From NCBI GenBank assembly GCA_000953435.1, contig LM655252.1:120001-152000 (forward strand): DNA of 32,000 nucleotides. Reading direction: 5' to 3'. A model generated the notes under the pieces. The model saw nothing but the letters and a program-made list of their open reading frames with translations. It had not been told where the DNA came from and searched no databases. This document shows, one piece after another, positions 9,356 to 17,606 of this stretch; positions within the stretch are counted from its first letter, which is position 1; every line of letters starts with the position of its first letter. The position numbers and the translations under genes were made by a program. Source of the stretch: Candidatus Johnevansia muelleri. Its GTDB lineage: Bacteria > Pseudomonadota > Gammaproteobacteria > Johnevansiales > Johnevansiaceae.

Positions 9356-12300
9356 TTTTCTATTTTATTAAGTATAGATTCAATATTATAAATACTTTTA
9401 TCTGTTTGGTCAATATTTATATTTAAAAACAATTGGTAATCATCAATTTTAAAAATATTTTTTTCTTTATTTAATATTTTTTTATATACATTATTTTTTT
9501 TACTAAACACTATTTTTACATTTTTACTTGTAGCTTTTAATATTTTAATACCCAGGCGCCATGCTTGCAGCTTAATATTAGCTAATCTAAATAAATATAT
9601 AACTTGCGTAGGTAATAAACCAAATTTTTCAATTAATTCCATTTTAATTTTGTGCAAATTATCATAATTTGATGCATTAATAATACGTTTATAAAATATT
9701 AATCGCGTATATTTTTTATAAATATAAGATTCAGGTATAAAACCTAATATAAAAACCCCTATATTAATTTTATTTACTAATGATTTACCTGTACTTATAT
9801 TTTTGATTGCTTTATTAAGTATTTCCATGTATAAATCATAACCTAATTTAATTATTTTACCGCTTTGCTCTTCTCCAAATATTTGCCCCCCCCCCCTAAG
9901 TTCTAAATCAAAATTAGCAATAGTTAATCCATCATTTAAATAATTTGAATTTAAAATTGTTTTTAAACGGTTAATAGCATAATTATTAATTGAATATTTG
10001 GGAATTAATAAATAAGCGTAAGCCTGCTGTTTTGACCTACCAATACGTCCTATAATTTGATGTAATTGTGCTAACCCCAACTTATCTGCGCGGTCAATTA
10101 TTATAGTATTGGCATTTTGAATATTAATCCCCATTTCTATAATTGTTGAGCATATTAATATATTTATTTCTCTGTTAATGAATGCATTCATAACTTTCTC
10201 TATATTACATTTATTTAGCTTTCCATGTACTATACCAATTCTAGCCTCGGGAACAATTTTACGTATTATATTCGCTTGTTGTTGAATGCTATGTACTTTA
10301 TTATAAATATAATAAAGCTGCCCCCCCCTATTAATTTCTCTATTAATTATTTCAATTATTAAAAATTCAGAATAAGTTTTAATAAATATTTTTATTTTAA
10401 TACGGCCTGGTGGGGGCTTAGAAATTATTGAAATATTATAAATACCAATATTTATCATTGATAATGTACGGGGAATAGGAGTAGCACTCATAGAAAGAAC
10501 ATCTATACCAATACGCATTATTTTTAATTTTTCCTTGTGTAATACCCCGAATCTGTGTTCTTCATCTATTATTATTAATCCTAGATTATAAAATTTAATA
10601 TTATTATTAAGTAATTTATGTGTGCCAATAATAATATTATATTTACCACTTTTAATATTATTAATTTTTTGTATTATATATTTTTTTTTAAATCTAGTAA
10701 TTAATTCAATATTTATTGATGTACAGGAAAATCTTTTACATAAAGTATCGTAATGTTGTAAAGCAAGTAGTGTACTAGGTACCAGTACAGCGACTTGTTT
10801 TTCAGAGTTTATTGCAATAAACGCTGCACGCATTGCAACTTCAGTTTTACCAGCCCCCACATCACCACATAAAAGTCTATCCATAGGATGTTTTTGAATC
10901 ATATCTGAAAAGACTTCATTTATAGCATTAATTTGATCTGGTGTTTCTTCAAATAATAATTGATTTAAAAATTTAATATATTCTACATTATTATGGTTTT
11001 TATAATAAACACCTTTATGTATTTTTCTAATAGAATAAATATCTAGTATTTTTATAGCAAGATTTTTTATTTTTTTTTCTTTTTTATGATAGTTTTTAAC
11101 TTTTGTTTTATCTAGAATATTATGTTGTGACTCTAAGTAACGTGAACTAATATCTCTATATTTAAAGTTTACATATAAATTATTTTTTTTAGCATATTCA
11201 AAATTTATAAAATCACCTACAGAACGATCTACAACATGATTATTATGAAATATTGGTATACATGGTTTAATATTATTAAATTTTTGTGAAAATATATTGT
11301 TGAACATATTTTCAAAAATTATTTCTTTATAGGTTATTATTACTAGTTTAATATCATTTATTATTACACCATTATCGATTGAATCATCTATAGTGCTACC
11401 ATAATATATATTATTTTTAATAAAATGTTTAAAATTATCTACATTTTCTAAAATCAATTTTATTTTTTTTAATGTTTTATCTAGTAATATTTTGAAAAAA
11501 AAAGTGTTATAAATAAATAATATTCTATTACCAAGACTTTTTTGTTTATCAATAAATTTTTTTATTATATTTAATTTTTTATAATTATCTATTAAAATTA
11601 TTGGTATTTTATCAAAATTAAATATATTTTTTTTTATTTGTATTGGATTATATAAATTAATAATATTGAATATTTCAGGCACTGTAGTAAAAATATTATC
11701 TGGTGGTAATATTGTATTTATATTTAAATTTTTATATATTTCATTAAATAATTTACAATACATTTTAGAGTATGAATAAATATTAGGAAATAAAATTATA
11801 TTTAATTTATCATTTATATTATCAAAAAAAGTACTTGTTTTATTAAAGAAAATTTGTATATATTGCTCTTTTTCTATATACATTGTTTTTTTAACTGATT
11901 TATGAATATTTTTAAAATTTTTTTTAAAAATATAAATAGAATGATTTTTTAAATTATATTCATGCATAGGTAATAATATAATTTTATTTTTTTTTTTTAT
12001 ATTTATATATATAGGATTAAAAAAATATAAAAATTTAATTTTATTATTAAATAAATTAATATGCAGTGGAAATTTATTACCCAAAGGATAAATATTAATA
12101 CTTTCATTTAATGAAATGTATTCACCATATTCTATTATAGATTTTACTTTACGATAACCCATATTATTAATATATAATTTTAAATTTTTTGGAGTAATAT
12201 GCTGACCCAATTTTAATTTTAAATATTTATTTATATTTTCTTTAATAGGAATACGCTGCATTAAATTTTTTATAGTTAACAATAAAATTTTTTTATTATT

Positions 12301-12603
12301 TTTTAATTTATATAGTGTACTAATTCTTGATAAAACAATATTTCTATTTTGTGATGCACTATGGTATGGAAAACTATTAAATTCAATAAAATATATAATT
12401 AAAAGTTCATTTATATTTAAAAATATTATTGCTTTTTTAATTTTATTAATTATAAAATTTTCATTAGTAATTATTACTATAGAATAATTTTCACTTTGTT
12501 TAATTAATGAAATTATAAATAATCCCCAAGCATAAATTGGAATATTTTTCAATGAATAATTTTTAAATTTATACATATATATTGCAATATATGAAAAATA
12601 CAT
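9352..12603 (-). CDS. mfd: Transcription-repair coupling factor Mfd (shortened, N-terminal half highly diverged)
   Basis: 1083 aa versus about 1148 in E. coli. N-terminal UvrB-homology traces ([19 protein letters not shown]), helicase motifs [33 protein letters not shown] and [14 protein letters not shown]-region [13 protein letters not shown], and C-terminal FYKRI...[10 protein letters not shown]. The true start may be the ATG nine codons in (12576). Confidence 0.93.
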   Translation of the reverse strand: MYFSYIAIYMYKFKNYSLKNIPIYAWGLFIISLIKQSENYSIVIITNENFIINKIKKAIIFLNINELLIIYFIEFNSFPYHSASQNRNIVLSRISTLYKLKNNKKILLLTIKNLMQRIPIKENINKYLKLKLGQHITPKNLKLYINNMGYRKVKSIIEYGEYISLNESINIYPLGNKFPLHINLFNNKIKFLYFFNPIYINIKKKNKIILLPMHEYNLKNHSIYIFKKNFKNIHKSVKKTMYIEKEQYIQIFFNKTSTFFDNINDKLNIILFPNIYSYSKMYCKLFNEIYKNLNINTILPPDNIFTTVPEIFNIINLYNPIQIKKNIFNFDKIPIILIDNYKKLNIIKKFIDKQKSLGNRILFIYNTFFFKILLDKTLKKIKLILENVDNFKHFIKNNIYYGSTIDDSIDNGVIINDIKLVIITYKEIIFENMFNNIFSQKFNNIKPCIPIFHNNHVVDRSVGDFINFEYAKKNNLYVNFKYRDISSRYLESQHNILDKTKVKNYHKKEKKIKNLAIKILDIYSIRKIHKGVYYKNHNNVEYIKFLNQLLFEETPDQINAINEVFSDMIQKHPMDRLLCGDVGAGKTEVAMRAAFIAINSEKQVAVLVPSTLLALQHYDTLCKRFSCTSINIELITRFKKKYIIQKINNIKSGKYNIIIGTHKLLNNNIKFYNLGLIIIDEEHRFGVLHKEKLKIMRIGIDVLSMSATPIPRTLSMINIGIYNISIISKPPPGRIKIKIFIKTYSEFLIIEIINREINRGGQLYYIYNKVHSIQQQANIIRKIVPEARIGIVHGKLNKCNIEKVMNAFINREINILICSTIIEMGINIQNANTIIIDRADKLGLAQLHQIIGRIGRSKQQAYAYLLIPKYSINNYAINRLKTILNSNYLNDGLTIANFDLELRGGGQIFGEEQSGKIIKLGYDLYMEILNKAIKNISTGKSLVNKINIGVFILGFIPESYIYKKYTRLIFYKRIINASNYDNLHKIKMELIEKFGLLPTQVIYLFRLANIKLQAWRLGIKILKATSKNVKIVFSKKNNVYKKILNKEKNIFKIDDYQLFLNINIDQTDKSIYNIESILNKIEN

Positions 12604-13508
12604 TGAATTTATTTAAAGTGAATAAAGAAAAAATAGGACAAAGATTAGATAATTATATAATTAGAGAATTTAAGAAAATACCTAAGTCTTTTATATATCG
12701 CATTATTCGTATAGGTAAAATCCGTTTAAATGGAAATATTGCAAAAGCTAAAACAAGGTTACAGAATGGTGATCAAATAAAAACACCCAAATTTTTAATT
12801 ACTATGGTTAAAAAGGTATATATTAGCGATAAACTAAAGAAATTTTTATTAGAAAGTGTTATAGCTGAATCAAATGATTGGTTAGTAATAAATAAACCTT
12901 GTGGTATTTCTGTACATGGTGGTAGTAAAATAAAAATAGGATTAATTGAAGCAATTAAACAAGCCCGTAAAGATATTGATTTCATTGAATTAGTACATAG
13001 ATTAGATAAAGATACATCTGGATGCCTATTATTAGCCAAATCAAGAACAGCACTGTTATTATTTAATAAAGCATTTAAAAATAGAAAAATAGAAAAATGC
13101 TATATTGCATTGGTTTATGGGCACTGGCCAATATCTATAAATTATGTAACAGCTTCAATAAAAAGATTTAATACACTAAATGGTGAATATAAAATGCAAA
13201 TTAATCAATATGGCAAATATTCTTTTACTTTATTCAAAATTTGTAAATTTTTTTATAAATCCACTTTAATAAAAGCTTTACCTATTACAGGTAGAACCCA
13301 TCAGATTAGAGTTCATGCTGCTCATGTTGGTAATCCTATATTAGGTGATAAAAAATACTATAACAATAATAGCAAAATTATATCTTATAAATTAAATATT
13401 AATAGATTATTTCTTCATGCCGGGTCAATTAAATTTCCAGATCCTACAACTGGTAAAATTATTCATGTAAAAGCTAAAATTGATCCTGTGCTTAAAGAGT
13501 TTTTTTGA
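12582..13508 (+). CDS. rluC: 23S rRNA pseudouridine synthase (RluA family, RluC-type with N-terminal S4 domain)
   Basis: 308 aa. S4 region GQRLDNYI...PKSFIYRIIRIGKIRLNG, catalytic HRLDKDTSGCLLLAK, and GRTHQIRVH. An alternative ATG at 12591 would reduce the overlap with mfd. Confidence 0.88.
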   Translation: MQYMKNTLNLFKVNKEKIGQRLDNYIIREFKKIPKSFIYRIIRIGKIRLNGNIAKAKTRLQNGDQIKTPKFLITMVKKVYISDKLKKFLLESVIAESNDWLVINKPCGISVHGGSKIKIGLIEAIKQARKDIDFIELVHRLDKDTSGCLLLAKSRTALLLFNKAFKNRKIEKCYIALVYGHWPISINYVTASIKRFNTLNGEYKMQINQYGKYSFTLFKICKFFYKSTLIKALPITGRTHQIRVHAAHVGNPILGDKKYYNNNSKIISYKLNINRLFLHAGSIKFPDPTTGKIIHVKAKIDPVLKEFF

Positions 13509-13543
13509 TTTTTAAAAATTAATTAATATAATAACTATATCAT

Positions 13544-13966
13544 ATGTCAAAGTTTTTTTTTATAAAAAATAAATTTAAAATATCTATATTAGCTAATAAT
13601 CAATATATTGATGGTATAATTTATCTTGCGGCACTACAACGTCTTACAGAAGCAATTGGTATACAGCAAGGTTTTTGTAGAGTATCTATTAATTTTATAA
13701 TAGATAATTATTTCCGTTATTATATAAAATTTTTATTAAAAGCAACATTAATATTATCATGTAATCGCTGTTTTAACAATATTAAAAATTGTATTTATAG
13801 TAATTTTATATTAAGTATTATAAATAATAATTTATTTAATTTGCCTAATAAATATGACCCGATATTAATAAAAAATGGATATATAGAATTACTGCCTATT
13901 ATTGAAGATTATTTAATTTTAAATATTCCTGCAGCTTTGTCCCACTCATATATATGTAAATTGTAA
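13544..13966 (+). CDS. yceD: YceD/DUF177 family protein (large-subunit ribosome-associated)
   Basis: 140 aa immediately upstream of rpmF, as in most bacteria. LSCNRCFNNI (CxxC) and IELLPIIEDYLILNIP match E. coli YceD. The C-terminus is shorter than in E. coli. Confidence 0.8.
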   Translation: MSKFFFIKNKFKISILANNQYIDGIIYLAALQRLTEAIGIQQGFCRVSINFIIDNYFRYYIKFLLKATLILSCNRCFNNIKNCIYSNFILSIINNNLFNLPNKYDPILIKNGYIELLPIIEDYLILNIPAALSHSYICKL

Positions 13967-14002
13967 ATGTACAATTGTAATTATTAAATTATTGGAATTA
14001 AT

Positions 14003-14179
14003 ATGGCTGTTCAAAAAAATAGAAAAACTAGATCTAAAATAGGAATGAGACGTGCACATGATCATTTACCACATATTACTTTATTTTTAAATAAAAAGTT
14101 AAATGTTGTACATTTACGCCATCATATTCCAGATTATAAGTTATATTGTAAATATAAAAATATTTATAAAATTAATTAA
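14003..14179 (+). CDS. rpmF: 50S ribosomal protein L32
   Basis: Absent from the ORF track because it is only 58 aa. The translation MAVQKNRKTRSKIGMRRAHDHL...HLRHHI matches E. coli L32 ([22 protein letters not shown]...HLRHHI). Start and stop were located independently and are 177 nt apart. Confidence 0.93.
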   Translation: MAVQKNRKTRSKIGMRRAHDHLPHITLFLNKKLNVVHLRHHIPDYKLYCKYKNIYKIN

Positions 14180-14261
14180 ATAGCAAAACATAAATATTAA
14201 TGTTAATGCTGTAACAAAAATTATAAATTATGTAAAAAATACATATTATTATTAGGATAAA

Positions 14262-14498
14262 ATGATTAAAATAGAAAAAATAGTTAAAAATATTATTGCA
14301 GAATATTTTCATATAAAAAAAGAAAACATTTTTAATAATTGTTCTTTTATGGACGATTTAGGTGCAGATTCAATTGATACTGTAGAGTTAAACATGGCTA
14401 TAGAACATGAGTTCGGGATTTATATTCCAGAGAAATTTGCTATAAAAATTACTAATGTTCAAGAAATGATAGACTATATAAAATTAAAAATAATTTAA
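14262..14498 (+). CDS. acpP: Acyl carrier protein
   Basis: 78 aa. Phosphopantetheine attachment motif DLGADSIDTVEL. AGGAT lies 6 nt upstream of the ATG. Confidence 0.95.
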   Translation: MIKIEKIVKNIIAEYFHIKKENIFNNCSFMDDLGADSIDTVELNMAIEHEFGIYIPEKFAIKITNVQEMIDYIKLKII

Positions 14499-14519
14499 TA
14501 TAAATATTATTTATTAATA

Positions 14520-15752
14520 ATGTATAAGATAAGAAGGGTAGTAGTAACTGGGATAGGTATGATTACTCCTATTGGTAATACTGTAAGTGAAACATGGAAT
14601 AATATTAAATCAGGCAAAAGTGGGATATCTGCAGTAGAAACTTTTAATTTTTTTGAATTTAATACTAGTTTGATGGGGGCAATTAAAAATTTTGATTCAA
14701 GTATTTATTTAAAAAAAAAATACGCTAGAAGGATGGATTTGTTTATTCAATATGGACTTGCAGCTGGAATTCAAGCAATTAAAGACTCTGGATTAGAAAA
14801 TACTGAGATTAATTATAATAGGATTGGTATAGCAATAGGTTCTGGTTTTGGTGGACTATCAATGATTGAAATTAATTATAACGCAATAAATAACGGTGTA
14901 TCAAATAATATTTATCCTTTTTTTGTACCTGGATCTATAATTAATATGTTATCTGGGACTTTAGCTATTCAATATGGTTTTAAAGGCCCTAATATAGCAA
15001 TATCTACAGCTTGCACTACAGGAGCCCATAATATTGGATATGGTGCACGTACTATTGTTTATGGAGATGCGGATATAATGTTATGTGGTGGGGCTGAGGC
15101 CGCTGCTGTATCTACATTAGGCTTATTAGGGTTTTCAGCTGTTAAAGTACTATCAAATAGAAATGATGATCCAGAGAAAGCTAGTCGTCCTTGGGATCGT
15201 GATCGTGATGGGTTTGTTATTTCTGATGGAGCTGGTGTAGTTGTTTTAGAAGAGTATGAGCACGCAAAAAAACGCGGAGCAGTGATTTATGCTGAAATAA
15301 AAGGTTTTGGTATGAGTAATGATGCCTATCACGTTACCGCACCAAATATAAATGGTGCAGAATTAGCAATGCGTAATGCTATTGCAGATGCTGGAATAAA
15401 TTTGAATCAAATACACTATATCAATGCTCATGGAACATCAACTCAGTTAGGTGATATTGCTGAAAGTAAGGCAATTGAGCGAATATTTAAAAATGTAAGC
15501 CCCCCTATTAGTTCTACTAAATCTATGAGTGGGCACTTACTGGGGGCAGCAGGTGCTGTAGAAGCGATATTCAGTATACTTGCCATTAAAGATCAAGTAG
15601 CTCCTCCTACAATTAATCTAGATTATCCAGGTGATGGATGTACACTTGACTATATTCCCCATACAGCACGCGATATGAAAATAGAAAATGTAATGTCTAA
15701 CTCCTTTGGATTTGGAGGAACTAATGGATCTTTAATATTCAGTAGGATTTAA
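14520..15752 (+). CDS. fabF: 3-oxoacyl-ACP synthase II
   Basis: 410 aa, colinear with E. coli FabF: RRVVVTGIGMITPIGN, active-site Cys in ISTACTTGAHNIG, catalytic His residues in NAHGTST and STKSMSGHLLGAAG, and NSFGFGGTNGSLIF. Confidence 0.95.
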   Translation: MYKIRRVVVTGIGMITPIGNTVSETWNNIKSGKSGISAVETFNFFEFNTSLMGAIKNFDSSIYLKKKYARRMDLFIQYGLAAGIQAIKDSGLENTEINYNRIGIAIGSGFGGLSMIEINYNAINNGVSNNIYPFFVPGSIINMLSGTLAIQYGFKGPNIAISTACTTGAHNIGYGARTIVYGDADIMLCGGAEAAAVSTLGLLGFSAVKVLSNRNDDPEKASRPWDRDRDGFVISDGAGVVVLEEYEHAKKRGAVIYAEIKGFGMSNDAYHVTAPNINGAELAMRNAIADAGINLNQIHYINAHGTSTQLGDIAESKAIERIFKNVSPPISSTKSMSGHLLGAAGAVEAIFSILAIKDQVAPPTINLDYPGDGCTLDYIPHTARDMKIENVMSNSFGFGGTNGSLIFSRI

Positions 15753-15828
15753 AATCATAAGTTTATGTTATTACATTATTGTGGAATACAATTAATATTT
15801 TGTTGATGATCTTTAATATCACCAAATA

Positions 15829-15995
15829 TCAATATTCAGACTGTAAATTCATTTTAGGCATACAAATTTTGAACGATATTACTATAAATTGTTGTTTATC
15901 AGCAGCTAAACCATGCATGCGTATCATCAATAATTTTACAGCCAATTGTATGAATTAAATTACCATATTTACGCATAGTGTTGAGTATCTTTATA
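15829..15995 (-). pseudogene. Possible electron-transfer flavoprotein beta-subunit (etfB-like) remnant
   Basis: The minus-strand reading KILNTMRKYGNLIHTIGCKIIDDTHAWFSC** then (frame change) LAADKQQFIVISFKI resembles the ETF-beta segment AKILAA....LII.GKQAID.D...TGQMLAA.LGW.Q.TF.SKV. Stops and a frameshift are present and no ORF survives. The match is short and was made from memory. Confidence 0.35.
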
Positions 15996-16094
15996 TATAT
16001 TAAATAAACATAGCAAAATAAATTATTTATAATATTTTCAGGTTATTGTATTGAATACGTAGTACAAAAATCAGCGAACTTGAAGTTCAAAAAT

Positions 16095-16482
16095 TCATAT
16101 AGTGAATTTACTATTGATAAAATTGTTATACCTATATTAGCAGCTATATGTATCTACAATTTATGATATTAGTTTATTCGTACTATAACAGAAATTGACA
16201 ATCCTACAGATAAAACACTAATGCCTTTATTGATAATTTAAAAATTTTTTATTTTTCAAATCAAATTATATTGCCATGAGCTTACTTCAGCACGTGTTAT
16301 AATGTCTGGCGGCAGGTGATTAGCAAATAAATCAATTTTTAAGTTATTAAATAGCATATCGAAAATCATGCTGCTGTTTTTGCAACACGTGCCGCTGGTA
16401 AAATTATAGGTATTTATGACAATATTCAAAGGTTATAGTTGCAATTAATCAAGATCAAAATGTAAATTATTACCATAGTTAA
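16095..16482 (+). pseudogene. etfA: Electron-transfer flavoprotein alpha-subunit (etfA/fixB family) pseudogene
   Basis: Five colinear blocks across three frames match ETF-alpha: IVIPILAAICIYNL* (LLPRVAAKLDV); FIRTITE (FVRTIYAGNA); ELTSARVIMSGGR*LANKSIFKLLNSI ([27 protein letters not shown]); HAAVFATRAAGKIIGIYDNIQ ([21 protein letters not shown]); VIVAINQDQN ([12 protein letters not shown]). It has in-frame stops, at least 2 frameshifts and an internal deletion. Confidence 0.65.
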
Positions 16483-17559
16483 TTAAAATAATTGATTATT
16501 AATTAACCTTTTTCTAATTTTTAATACTTTTTCTAATTTATTAGCCATTTCAATAATGATATCTTCAGTAGTATGCCAATCTATGCATGCATCAGTTACT
16601 GAAACTCCATACTTAAGGTTTTTACGATATTCATTAATATTTTGTGTTCCCCAGTTTATATTTGATTCGATCATAATACCTATAATAGAACAATTACCAT
16701 TAATAATTTGTTCTGTGATATTTCTCACCACTATAGATTGTAGTCCAGGATTCTTATTAGAATTTGCATGTGAACAATCTACCATAATATTTAATGGTAA
16801 ATTAGCATTTTTTAGCTCTTTTTCAGTTATTGAAATATTTAAATTATCATAGTTTGGTTTACCATTTCCACCTCGCAATACTATATGTCCATAATGATTA
16901 CCTATAGTGCTAATTATCGCGACTTTACCGTTATTATTAACATTTAAGAATTGATGAGGATGTGATACTGCTTTAATAGCATTAATTGCTATTTGGATAT
17001 TCCCATCTGTGCCATTTTTAAACCCCACAGGACCTGATAATCCAGATGCCATCTCACGATGAATTTGTGATTCTGTAGTACGTGCGCCAATTGCAAACCA
17101 ACTGATAGTATCTTCAATATATTGTGCTATAATTGGATCTAGTGCTTCTGTAGCAAGGGATAAACCTATTTCAGTAATATTTATCAATAAACGACGAGCA
17201 ATATGTAACCCCTCTTGTATTGCAAATGAATTATCCATATAAGGATCGTTAATTAAACCTTTCCAACCCATTATAGTACGTGGTTTTTCAAAATATACTC
17301 GCATAACAATAAAAATACTATGTTTAACACGCTTTTGTAGATTATTAAGTCTAAGTGCATATTCTGTTGCTGCTTCAATATCATGAATAGAACATGGGCC
17401 TATAACTAATAGCATTCTGTGGTCTTCACCATTTAGAATTTTTTGTATAGTATTACGTCCATTGATCACAGTTTTATTATTATATTCACTTAATGGTATA
17501 TGTAATTTAAGTAAATTTGGATTTACAATATTTTTATTTATGATTCTATGTTTAAACAT
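16483..17559 (-). CDS. 3-deoxy-7-phosphoheptulonate (DAHP) synthase, class I-alpha (AroF/AroG/AroH type)
   Basis: 358 aa. GPCSIHD, VMRVYFEKPRT..GWKGLINDP, GARTTESQIHREMASGLS.PVGFKNGTDG, VDCSHANSNK and KYGVSVTDACIDW. By recalled motifs it is closest to E. coli AroF, but the feedback isozyme cannot be assigned from sequence alone. Confidence 0.93.
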   Translation of the reverse strand: MFKHRIINKNIVNPNLLKLHIPLSEYNNKTVINGRNTIQKILNGEDHRMLLVIGPCSIHDIEAATEYALRLNNLQKRVKHSIFIVMRVYFEKPRTIMGWKGLINDPYMDNSFAIQEGLHIARRLLINITEIGLSLATEALDPIIAQYIEDTISWFAIGARTTESQIHREMASGLSGPVGFKNGTDGNIQIAINAIKAVSHPHQFLNVNNNGKVAIISTIGNHYGHIVLRGGNGKPNYDNLNISITEKELKNANLPLNIMVDCSHANSNKNPGLQSIVVRNITEQIINGNCSIIGIMIESNINWGTQNINEYRKNLKYGVSVTDACIDWHTTEDIIIEMANKLEKVLKIRKRLINNQLF

Positions 17560-17606
17560 ATTTTCCTTTTATAGTAAAATTTTCATTATAGCTTGAGTAA
17601 TAATGC

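Noticed and set aside
13544-13966. The 140-aa Asn/Ile-rich ORF upstream of rpmF, considered as a possible novel protein.
   Set aside because: Its position immediately 5' of rpmF, the CxxC block (LSCNRCF) and the IELLPIIEDYLILNIP motif identify it as a diverged YceD/DUF177 family member.
17560-17606. TyrR/TrpR-type operator upstream of the DAHP synthase gene (aGTAAAattttcATTAtA).
   Set aside because: Only the left half resembles TGTAAA-N6-TTTACA, and in a 47-nt AT-rich spacer this is expected by chance. Nothing in the window suggests that regulator genes are retained.
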